Assembly: GCA_964246985.1 (NCBI GenBank)
Contig: CAXTSE010000016.1
Coordinates: forward strand, 602 to 64,601
Direction of reading: 5' to 3'
DNA: 64,000 bases
Source: an uncultured Microbacteriaceae bacterium
GTDB taxonomy: Bacteria > Actinomycetota > Actinomycetes > Actinomycetales > Microbacteriaceae
Positions 56,631 to 64,000 of the stretch are shown here, one piece after another. The notes under the pieces are model-generated. The model made no database searches and was not told the origin of the DNA. It saw nothing but the letters and a program-made list of their open reading frames with translations. The stretch's first letter is position 1. Every line of letters begins with the position of its first letter. Made by a program: the position numbers and the translations under genes.

Positions 56631-59026
56631 CGGGCGGCGCACGCCGCGGAGCGCGTCTCGGCGCCGACCTGCGGCTGGTGCCCGCAGCGCTCGGCGCGTG
56701 GCTGGCGGCGGGCATCGCGATCGGCGTGCGGGACGCCGGCGGGGCCGTGCCGATCGTCGCCGCCGTGCTCGGTGCGATCTCGATCGCCCTCGTCGTCGGG
56801 GTCGTCCTCCGGCTCGGCGAGCCCGTCGCCGGGGCCAGTGGCGTCCGCCGCCGCGGGAGGGCGGCCGCATCCTCGATCGCCGTCGTGCTCGCCGCCGGAG
56901 CCGCCGTGTGCGCCGCGGTCGCGGCGGGGCAGGCCGCGCGCGAGCCGCCGGAGATCGCCGCGATCCCGTCCGGTCGCACGGTTCAGCTCGACGTCGCCAT
57001 CACCGGACGTCCCGTCGAGGGGCGCGTGCCTGGAACACTGCTGAGCGCCGAGCTGGGGGAGCGAGTGCTCGCGGTCTCCAGCCCGATCCTGGTCTTCGGC
57101 GAGCCCGACGATCCGGGGATCGCCGACGCTCGGATCGGAGAGGTGCTCCGTGTCTCCGCGTCGCTGACCCGCGCGGATGCGGGGGACGACGTCGCGTTCC
57201 TCGCCTTCGCACGTGACGAGGCCGAGCTCATCGGATCGCCGCCTCCGTTGATCGAGGCTGCCGACGGGATTCGCGCCGGGTTCGTCCGGATCGCCGCCGA
57301 CCTGCCGGGGGAGGGCGGTGGGCTGCTGCCGGGTCTTGCGATCGGGGACACCTCCGCGGTCAGTCCGTCGCTCGACGCGGACATGAAGGCCTCGTCGCTC
57401 ACGCACCTCACCGCTGTCTCCGGCGCGAACTGCGCGGTCGTCGTCGGGCTCGTCTTCCTCGCGGCCGCGGGCCTCGGTGCGTCGCGCACCGTGCGCGTGG
57501 TCGCGGCCGCGGTGGCACTGGTCGGCTTCGTCGTGCTCGTGACTCCGGAGGCGAGCGTGGTGCGGGCCGCGGTGATGGCCGCTGTCGCGCTGCTGGCCGT
57601 CGCCCTCGGGCGGCCGTCGCGGGGCATTCCTCTGCTGTCGGTCGCCGTGATCGGGCTCCTCGTCGTCGATCCGTGGCTCGCCCGCAGCTACGGGTTCGCG
57701 CTCTCGGTGCTCGCCACGGGCGGGCTGCTCCTGCTCGCCGCGCCGCTCGCCGCGATCCTCAGCCGGGTCCTGCCGCGCGCCCCGGCCATCGTGCTCGCGG
57801 TGCCCATCTCGGCTCAGCTCGCGTGCCAGCCCGTCCTGCTCCTGCTCGACCCGTCGCTCCCGCTCTTCGGCGTGGTCGCCAACCTCCTCGCCGAACCGGC
57901 GGCCCCGATCGCGACGATGCTCGGCCTGATCGCGTGCCTCCTGGCGCCCGCCCTCCCGGCCGTCGCGACGGCCGTGGCGTGGCTGGCCTGGGTGCCCGCG
58001 AGCTGGATCGCGGCGGTCGCGACCTTCACGGCCGCGCTGCCCGGCGCGCGCAGTCCCTGGCCGACGGGTCCCCTCGGCGTCGTGCTGCTCGTGCTCCTCA
58101 CGATCGCCGGGCTCGTCGCCGCGCTCGGGTGGGGTCCGCCTCGGATCCGGCGGCTCGCGCGCGCAGTCGTCGCAGTCGCACTGGTGGCGTACCTGTCCAC
58201 CCTGGCGGGGACGCGCATCGTGACCGAGCTCGGCCGTCCGTCCGACTGGCAGTTCGCGCTGTGCGACGTCGGACAGGGCGACGCGACCGTCATCCGCAGC
58301 GCGGGCGTCGTCGCGCTCGTGGACACGGGACCCGACCCGGCGCTGCTCCGCGCCTGCCTCGGCGAGCTCGGCATCGATCGGATCGACCTGCTCATCCTCA
58401 CGCACTACGACCTCGACCATGTCGGCGGTGTCGACGCCGTCGTCGGGATCGTCGATCGCGCTCTGATCGGACCGCCCGCGATCGCCCCCGACGGCGAGCC
58501 CGACAGCGGAGACGTCGCCGTCGACGCCGCACTCGTGGCAGGCGGGGCACGGGTCGAGCAGGTCTCGCGCGGCCAGCGCGGGGTGCTGGGAGAGCTCCGA
58601 TGGGAGGTGCTCTGGCCGCCGGCCCGCGGCGTGGAGCCCGGCAACCCGGCCAGCCTGGTGCTGGCGGTCGAGGGGGGAGGCGGCTGTCGGACCACCTGCC
58701 TCAGCGGCATCCTGCTCGGCGACCTCGGCGAGGAGTCGCAGATCCGCCTGGCGGGAGCGGCTCGCCTCGCGGGTGTCGACGTCGTCAAGGTCTCGCACCA
58801 CGGGTCGGCCGACCAGTCCGCCGAGCTGTACGAGCGGCTGCGTGCGACGGTGGGTCTCATCGGGGTCGGTGCCGACAACGACTACGGGCATCCGACCGAC
58901 GAGCTGCTCGGCGTCCTCGCCGCGGTGGGCACCCGCCCGTACCGCACCGACACCGACGGGCTCGTGCTGGTGTCGCCGGGCGACGACGCGGGCAGCCTCG
59001 AGGTCTGGACCGCGAGCGGACCTTGA
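56627..59026 (+). CDS. comEC: ComEC/Rec2 DNA internalization channel with C-terminal metallo-beta-lactamase domain
   Basis: Polytopic competence domain (SLTHLTAVSGANCAVV). MBL motif LILTHYDLDHVGG. GTGA overlap with comEA. Confidence 0.9.
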   Translation: MTGGARRGARLGADLRLVPAALGAWLAAGIAIGVRDAGGAVPIVAAVLGAISIALVVGVVLRLGEPVAGASGVRRRGRAAASSIAVVLAAGAAVCAAVAAGQAAREPPEIAAIPSGRTVQLDVAITGRPVEGRVPGTLLSAELGERVLAVSSPILVFGEPDDPGIADARIGEVLRVSASLTRADAGDDVAFLAFARDEAELIGSPPPLIEAADGIRAGFVRIAADLPGEGGGLLPGLAIGDTSAVSPSLDADMKASSLTHLTAVSGANCAVVVGLVFLAAAGLGASRTVRVVAAAVALVGFVVLVTPEASVVRAAVMAAVALLAVALGRPSRGIPLLSVAVIGLLVVDPWLARSYGFALSVLATGGLLLLAAPLAAILSRVLPRAPAIVLAVPISAQLACQPVLLLLDPSLPLFGVVANLLAEPAAPIATMLGLIACLLAPALPAVATAVAWLAWVPASWIAAVATFTAALPGARSPWPTGPLGVVLLVLLTIAGLVAALGWGPPRIRRLARAVVAVALVAYLSTLAGTRIVTELGRPSDWQFALCDVGQGDATVIRSAGVVALVDTGPDPALLRACLGELGIDRIDLLILTHYDLDHVGGVDAVVGIVDRALIGPPAIAPDGEPDSGDVAVDAALVAGGARVEQVSRGQRGVLGELRWEVLWPPARGVEPGNPASLVLAVEGGGGCRTTCLSGILLGDLGEESQIRLAGAARLAGVDVVKVSHHGSADQSAELYERLRATVGLIGVGADNDYGHPTDELLGVLAAVGTRPYRTDTDGLVLVSPGDDAGSLEVWTASGP

Positions 59027-59058
59027 CATTCAGCCGGAGGTGTAACAGGCTCAAATTA

Positions 59059-59072
59059 TCTTGATATCAAGA
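59059..59072. promoter_or_regulatory. perfect 14-bp palindrome TCTTGATATCAAGA in an AT-rich spacer
   Basis: Read directly at 59059-59072, 11 nt upstream of GTG 59084. Confidence 0.45.
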
Positions 59073-59083
59073 GAAATGAGCGC

Positions 59084-59893
59084 GTGATGACGACCTGGGA
59101 TCCCGACCGCTACCTCACGTTCGCCGACCAGCGCGGACGCCCGTTCGTCGAGCTGGTGGGCCGCATCGCCGCTATCTCGCCGCGCACCGTCGTCGACCTC
59201 GGATGCGGTCCCGGCAACCTCACGCGGTTGCTCGCCGACCGGTGGCCGGATGCGGAGGTGACGGGTCTCGACACCAGCGCCGAGATGATCGCGCGCGCCC
59301 GCCGCGACGTGCCAGAGCTCCGCTTCGACGTCTCCGATCTCCGGGACTGGCGCCCCGCCACGCCCGTCGACGTCGTCGTCTCGAACGCCACCCTGCAGTG
59401 GGTGCCCGGTCATCTCGAGCTGCTGCCCGCGCTCCTCGCGACGAACGCGCCCGGTGGCTGGTTGGCCTTCCAGGTTCCGGGCAACTTCGGCGAGCCGAGT
59501 CATGCGCTGCTGCACGAGCTCGCGGCAGAGGCGCCCTACGCCGAGCACACCGCGGGAGTCGAGCAGCCGTCGTCGCACGCGCCCGCCGAGTACTACGACG
59601 CACTGTCCGGGGCGGGCACGGCCGCGGTCCCGGTCGAGGTCGACGTCTGGGAGACCACGTACACGCACGTACTGAGCGGCCCGGATCCGGTGTTCACCTG
59701 GGTATCCGGTACGGGAGCGCGACCGACGCTCCAGGCGCTGCCCGACGAGCTGCGCCAGGACTTCGAGGTCGAGTACCGTCGGCGGCTCGCCGAGGCTTAC
59801 CCGGTCCGCCGCGACGCGAAGGTGCTGCTGCCGTTCCGCCGCATCTTCGCCGTCGCGCATCGCCTCGGTGACGGAGCAGGTGACCAGGGGTGA
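59084..59893 (+). CDS. tam: trans-aconitate 2-methyltransferase-like SAM-dependent methyltransferase
   Basis: WDPDRYLTFADQRGRPFVELV...VVDLGCGPGNLT...VSNATLQWVP...VFTWVSGTGARP: full-length Tam pattern. Confidence 0.8.
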   Translation: MMTTWDPDRYLTFADQRGRPFVELVGRIAAISPRTVVDLGCGPGNLTRLLADRWPDAEVTGLDTSAEMIARARRDVPELRFDVSDLRDWRPATPVDVVVSNATLQWVPGHLELLPALLATNAPGGWLAFQVPGNFGEPSHALLHELAAEAPYAEHTAGVEQPSSHAPAEYYDALSGAGTAAVPVEVDVWETTYTHVLSGPDPVFTWVSGTGARPTLQALPDELRQDFEVEYRRRLAEAYPVRRDAKVLLPFRRIFAVAHRLGDGAGDQG

Positions 59894-60291
59894 AGCTGCA
59901 CCACGTCCAGGTGGCCTGCCCCGTGGGAGGCGAGGAGATCGCGCGGAGGTTCTGGGTCGAGGGCATCGGCCTCACCGAGGTCGCCAAGCCCTCGGATCTC
60001 GCAGGACGAGGCGGTGCGTGGTTCCGGGCATGCACCGCGGCAGTCGGGGCGGGCGGCATCGGCACGATCGCCCTCGAGATCCACGTCGGGGTCGAGGACC
60101 CGTTCGCTCCCGCCCGCAAGGCGCACCCCGCCATCCTCTTCGACGGGGTGGCGGACCTCGACCGCGCCGACCGTCGTCTCGTCCGGTTGGGGTTCGATGT
60201 CGACCGCTCCCAAAGGCTCACGTTCCCCGGGTATCAGCGCCTGCACGTCGTCGACGGTCACGGCAACCGGGTCGAGCTCCTCGCGCAGTGA
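59890..60291 (+). CDS. VOC/glyoxalase-family protein
   Basis: MKLHHVQVACP...HPAILFDG...GNRVELL. GTGA overlap with tam. Confidence 0.7.
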   Translation: MKLHHVQVACPVGGEEIARRFWVEGIGLTEVAKPSDLAGRGGAWFRACTAAVGAGGIGTIALEIHVGVEDPFAPARKAHPAILFDGVADLDRADRRLVRLGFDVDRSQRLTFPGYQRLHVVDGHGNRVELLAQ

Positions 60292-60321
60292 CGCGTCGCA
60301 CCCGCCGGATAGTCTGAGCGC

Positions 60322-61380
60322 ATGGCAGCCCCACGACGACCCGCTGCACGCGGCGGCTCGTCCAAGGGCGGCAGCGGCAAGACGCCGAAGGCGTCGATCC
60401 CGCAGCTCCCGTGGGACCAGGTGCGGCCCGCGCCCGTCGTGCTCGTCTCGGGCACCGAGGCAGTGCTCGCCGATCGCGCGATGCGCCTTCTGCGCGACAT
60501 CCTGAAGGCCGAGGACCCGAGCCTCGAGGTCTCCGAGATCGACGCGGCCGCCTACTCGCCGGGGCAGCTGCTCACCCTCGCGAGTCCCTCGCTCTTCGCC
60601 GAGCCCCGCTACCTGCGCGTCGACAGCGTCGAGAAGTGCACCGACGCGTTCCTCGACGAGACGCTGGCCTATCTCGAGAACCCCGCCGAGGACACGTTCC
60701 TCGTGCTGCGGCACAACGGAGGGGTCCGCGGCAAGAAGCTGCTCGACGCGATCCGCTCAGGCACGGGCGGCGGCATCGAGATCGTCTGCGCCGAGATCAA
60801 GCGCGAGAGCGACCGCATCGACTTCGTGCAGGCCGAGTTCGCCTCGGCACGTCGCCGCGTCAGCCACGGCGCGGTCCGCGCCCTCGTCTCGGCCTTCGCC
60901 GACGACCTGGCCGAGCTGGCCGCCGCCTGCCGCCAGCTGCTGTCCGACACCGACGACGAGATCACCGAGGCCGTGGTCGCCAAGTACTACGGCGGCCGCA
61001 TCGAGACCACGGCGTTCGCGGTCGCCGATGCCGCCATCGCCGGACGTCACGGCGAGGCCCTGGGGCTTCTGCGGCATGCGCTCGCCTCGGGTGCCGACCC
61101 CGTGCCGATGGTCGCCGCGTTCGCGAGCAAGGTGCGCACGATGGCGAAGCTCTCCGGTTCCCGTGGCAGCTCGGGCGAGCTCGCCCAGCGGTTCGGGTTG
61201 GCTCCTTGGCAGGTGGACCGCGCCCGCCGCGACCTGCAGGGCTGGACCGACGCGGGGCTCGGCCGCGTGATCCAGGCCCTGGCCGAGTCGGATGCGCAGG
61301 TCAAGGGCGGCGGCCGCGATCCGGTCTACACGCTCGAGCGCCTGGTCGAGACCGTGGCGGCCCGCGGCGGGCGGGACTGA
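60322..61380 (+). CDS. holA: DNA polymerase III subunit delta
   Basis: VVLVSGTEAVLADRA...SLFAEPRYLRV...conserved position after comEC. 352 aa. Confidence 0.88.
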   Translation: MAAPRRPAARGGSSKGGSGKTPKASIPQLPWDQVRPAPVVLVSGTEAVLADRAMRLLRDILKAEDPSLEVSEIDAAAYSPGQLLTLASPSLFAEPRYLRVDSVEKCTDAFLDETLAYLENPAEDTFLVLRHNGGVRGKKLLDAIRSGTGGGIEIVCAEIKRESDRIDFVQAEFASARRRVSHGAVRALVSAFADDLAELAAACRQLLSDTDDEITEAVVAKYYGGRIETTAFAVADAAIAGRHGEALGLLRHALASGADPVPMVAAFASKVRTMAKLSGSRGSSGELAQRFGLAPWQVDRARRDLQGWTDAGLGRVIQALAESDAQVKGGGRDPVYTLERLVETVAARGGRD

Positions 61381-61387
61381 TCACGCC

Positions 61388-61828
61388 ATGAGCATCAAGC
61401 TCGAGAACGTCGGCATCGCGGTACGCGACCTCGAGGCGACGATCGCCTTCTTCGTCGACCTCGGGCTCACTGTCATCCAGCGCGACACCGTGAGCGGGGA
61501 GTGGGCCGACACCGCCGTCGGCCTCGATGGCAACCACACCCGGATCGCCATCCTGCAGACCCCGGATGGACACGGACGGCTCGAGCTGTTCGAGTATCTG
61601 CACCCCGAGGCCATCGAGAGCGAGCCCGCTCAGCCGAATCAGATCGGGGTGCACCGCGTCGCGTTCTCGGTGGACGACCTCGACGAGTCCCTCGCGATCG
61701 CGGCACGGCACGGGTATCACCCGCTGCGTGGCGTCGCGAATTATCAGAACGTCTACCGGCTGACCTACCTGCGCGGCCCGAGCGGCATCATCCTGATGCT
61801 CGCCGAGGCTCTGTCACCTCGTCACTAG
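61388..61828 (+). CDS. VOC/glyoxalase-family protein
   Basis: MSIKLENVGIAVRDLEATIAFF...GRLELFEY...GVHRVAFSVDDLD. Confidence 0.8.
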   Translation: MSIKLENVGIAVRDLEATIAFFVDLGLTVIQRDTVSGEWADTAVGLDGNHTRIAILQTPDGHGRLELFEYLHPEAIESEPAQPNQIGVHRVAFSVDDLDESLAIAARHGYHPLRGVANYQNVYRLTYLRGPSGIILMLAEALSPRH

Positions 61829-61855
61829 ACGACGCAGTCGCCCCCGCGCACGGAA

Positions 61856-61889
61856 GAAGCCCCGCACTCCGTGAGGAGCGCGGGGCTTC
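61856..61889. terminator. bidirectional hairpin between convergent VOC gene and rpsT
   Basis: gaagccccgcactcc-gtga-ggagcgcggggcttc (15-bp stem, one mismatch). Confidence 0.6.
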
Positions 61890-61905
61890 GTCGACGTTGC
61901 GGGGC

Positions 61906-62166
61906 CTACAGGCTCGCGGCGGCCTTCGCGATGGCCGACTTGCGGTTCGCGGCCTGGTTGGCGTGGATGACGCCCTTGCTCGTGGCCTTGTCGAGCTTCT
62001 TCGTCGCGACGGCGACGGCGGCGACGGCCTTGTCCTTGTCGCCGGCCGTGATGGCCTCGCGAGCGGTGCGGATGGCCGTCTTGAGCTCGCTCTTGACCGC
62101 CTTGTTGCGCTCCTGCGCCTTCTTGTTGGTGCCGATGCGCTTGATCTGCGACTTGATGTTCGCCAT
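61906..62166 (-). CDS. rpsT: 30S ribosomal protein S20
   Basis: [33 protein letters not shown] 62166 inside ORF 61906..62214. Confidence 0.95.
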   Translation of the reverse strand: MANIKSQIKRIGTNKKAQERNKAVKSELKTAIRTAREAITAGDKDKAVAAVAVATKKLDKATSKGVIHANQAANRKSAIAKAAASL

Positions 62167-62305
62167 GGAGAATCGTTCTTTCGTTCGTGTGGAAAAAGTG
62201 TGGATGCTTGCCAACGCGGTAGAGGAACGCCCCGGCGAATCGTGTGGAGGGAATCACACACAAAACCAAGGGGCTACGTTACCAGGCGCAGACGTCGCGC
62301 GGCAA

Positions 62306-62779
62306 TCAGACCTCGAACCGAGCCGCGGGGCCGGGGTCGACCGCGTCCGCGATGCGCGACAGGAAGTCGTCCGACATGGGCGGCAGGGCGTCGAGCGGGT
62401 ACCAGGCGACCTCGAGGGCTTCTCCGTCGACAGGCTCCGGGGTGCCGTCGAGGTAGCGGCACGCGAACGTGAGGTCGAGGTACTGCGCGCGGTCTCCGTT
62501 GTCGTAGACGATGTGGTCGGTCACTCCGACGGAGGCGAGCCGCTCGACGGCGATCCGCACCCCCGCCTCCTCGGCGGCTTCGCGCGCGGCGGCGACGGCC
62601 GGATGCTCGCCCGGATCGATGATGCCCGTGATGGGCGCCCACGCCCCGGTGTCCGATCGGCGGATCAGCAGCACGCGCTCGGCTGCATCGTCGAGCACGA
62701 CCGCGGTCACCCCCGACAGCCAGAGCGGGGCGGTGCCGATGGCGGTGCGCAGCTCGCTGATGAAATCGGGGATCGCCAT
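62306..62779 (-). CDS. NUDIX hydrolase
   Basis: Nudix box GIIDPGEHPAVAAAREAAEEAGV. Confidence 0.9.
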   Translation of the reverse strand: MAIPDFISELRTAIGTAPLWLSGVTAVVLDDAAERVLLIRRSDTGAWAPITGIIDPGEHPAVAAAREAAEEAGVRIAVERLASVGVTDHIVYDNGDRAQYLDLTFACRYLDGTPEPVDGEALEVAWYPLDALPPMSDDFLSRIADAVDPGPAARFEV

Positions 62780-62822
62780 GGACCGATGCTAGACGCCGGG
62801 CACCGAGCGATAGCGTGGGGCA

Positions 62823-64000
62823 ATGCCCGCGCTCGCCTCGCACATCCCCACGGTGCCGGCCTCCGGCATCCGCCGCGTCTTCGAGCTCGCGCTGGAGCTC
62901 GATCGGGCGGCGGCCGCCGACCCCGCCAGCGGCGACCGGGTCGTGCTGCTCGCGGTGGGCGAGCCCGACGTGCCGATGGCTCCGCACATCGCCGAGGCTG
63001 CCATCGACGCCTGGCAGCGCGACGACACCGGCTACACGGCGAACGGCGGGATCCCCGCCCTCCGCGACGCGATCGTCGCGAAGCTCGCCCGCGACAACGG
63101 CATCCACGTCGAGGTCGAGCAGGTCTGGACCACGATCGGCGCCACCCAGGGTCTCCACCTCGCGATGCAGATGACGCTCGCCGCGGGCGACGAGGTGCTC
63201 GTGCCCGACCCCGGCTACACGACGTTCAGCATGAACGCGCGCATGCTGGACGCCGTTCCCGTGCCGTACTCGCTGACGCCCGAGCGCGGGTTCCTGCCGT
63301 CGATCGAGGAGCTCGAGCGTCTCGTCACCGACCGCACGCGCCTGCTCATCGTCAACTCCCCGTCCAACCCGCTCGGGTCGGTCTTCGGGCGCGAGACCCT
63401 GGTCGAGTTGCTCGACTTCGCCCGGCGCCACGACCTCTGGGTGCTGAGCGACGAGGTCTACGAGCGCTTCGTCTGGGGCGCCGAGCATGTCTCGCTGGCG
63501 AGCCTCGACACCGAGGACCGCGTGCTCAGCGTCTTCTCGCTGTCGAAGTCGTATGCGATGACGGGAGTGCGCGTCGGGTATCTGGTGACGCCCCCCGGTC
63601 TGGCGGCGACGATGCGCACCCTGCAGGAGGCGTCGATCAGCTGTGTCGCGGCGCCCGACCAGCGGGCGGCCATCGCGGCGATCGAGGGCGACCAGACGCA
63701 CGTCGACGCCGCCCGCGAGCACTACCGTGCCAACCTCGCGGTGGCGACGCGGCTGCTCGACGACCGCGGCATCCGCTACCTCGATCCGCACGGGGCCTTC
63801 TACCTGTGGATCGACGTCGGCCACGCGACCGGCGGCGATGTCGCCACCTGGGCGGAGGGGTTCCTCGTGCGCGAGCGGGTCGCGGTCGCGCCGGGCAGCG
63901 CATTCGGCCGGTCAGGCGAAGGCTGGATCCGGGTGTGCCTCGCCGCGACAGAGGCGGATCTCGTCGAGGGGCTCGGCCGACTCCCCGCGCCCGCGCCGGT
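62823..64000 (+). CDS. PLP-dependent aminotransferase class I/II (3' end outside the window)
   Basis: Hand-translated from ATG 62823: MPALASHIPTVPASGIRRVFE...NSPSNPLG...SLSKSYAMTGVRVGY (PLP Lys). The frame stays open to the window edge, so it is absent from the ORF track. Confidence 0.85.
   Translation, partial: MPALASHIPTVPASGIRRVFELALELDRAAAADPASGDRVVLLAVGEPDVPMAPHIAEAAIDAWQRDDTGYTANGGIPALRDAIVAKLARDNGIHVEVEQVWTTIGATQGLHLAMQMTLAAGDEVLVPDPGYTTFSMNARMLDAVPVPYSLTPERGFLPSIEELERLVTDRTRLLIVNSPSNPLGSVFGRETLVELLDFARRHDLWVLSDEVYERFVWGAEHVSLASLDTEDRVLSVFSLSKSYAMTGVRVGYLVTPPGLAATMRTLQEASISCVAAPDQRAAIAAIEGDQTHVDAAREHYRANLAVATRLLDDRGIRYLDPHGAFYLWIDVGHATGGDVATWAEGFLVRERVAVAPGSAFGRSGEGWIRVCLAATEADLVEGLGRLPAPAP

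Overview
High-GC (about 70%) actinobacterial chromosome segment. The gene order looks Micrococcales/Microbacteriaceae-like, which is an inference from synteny only. About 65 protein genes, one tRNA-Ala and one T-box riboswitch are supported.

The backbone is conserved housekeeping synteny: valS; ileS-folC-DUF4233-ndk (all joined by 4-nt overlaps); vkor-dsbA; rne; rplU-rpmA-obg-proB; proA-nadD-(768 aa low-complexity ORF)-rsfS; tRNA-Ala; pabC/pabB; leuS-comEA-comEC; holA; rpsT.

Small accessory insertions sit between these blocks:
- 4.6-12.1 kb: a two-component system, two repeat-rich surface proteins, an MFS transporter, an HxlR-SARP fusion regulator and a sortase-anchored DUF3494 (ice-binding-like) protein.
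- 22.6-24.0 kb: DUF4031 plus two paralogous membrane proteins.
- 33.2-53.0 kb: STPK-GAF kinase, an LLM/hydrolase/MFS operon, a CGNR regulator, EamA, UbiA, a PH-like membrane protein, YcaQ, APP1, TetR, an Opu-type ABC transporter and DedA.
- 59.1-60.3 kb: tam plus a VOC protein.

I see no CRISPR array, rRNA, transposase, integrase or phage gene. I cannot point to a convincing novel multi-gene system.

The signals most worth following up:
1. Three CGTGACG heptamers phased exactly 11 bp apart (12168-12200), between the DUF3494 surface-protein gene and ileS and next to the SARP-type regulator.
2. A translational-type Ile T-box leader on ileS that heads a translationally coupled ileS-folC-DUF4233-ndk chain.
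3. A 59-aa ORF absent from the ORF track, 3 nt after leuS.
4. A 768-aa Pro/Ala/Glu-rich tail-anchored protein between nadD and rsfS.
5. A Ser/Thr kinase-GAF gene with no canonical start codon, directly downstream of tRNA-Ala.
6. Several AT-rich palindromes and direct repeats in promoter regions.

The very long ORFs antisense to valS, ileS, rne, leuS and comEC are GC-driven shadow ORFs and were rejected.
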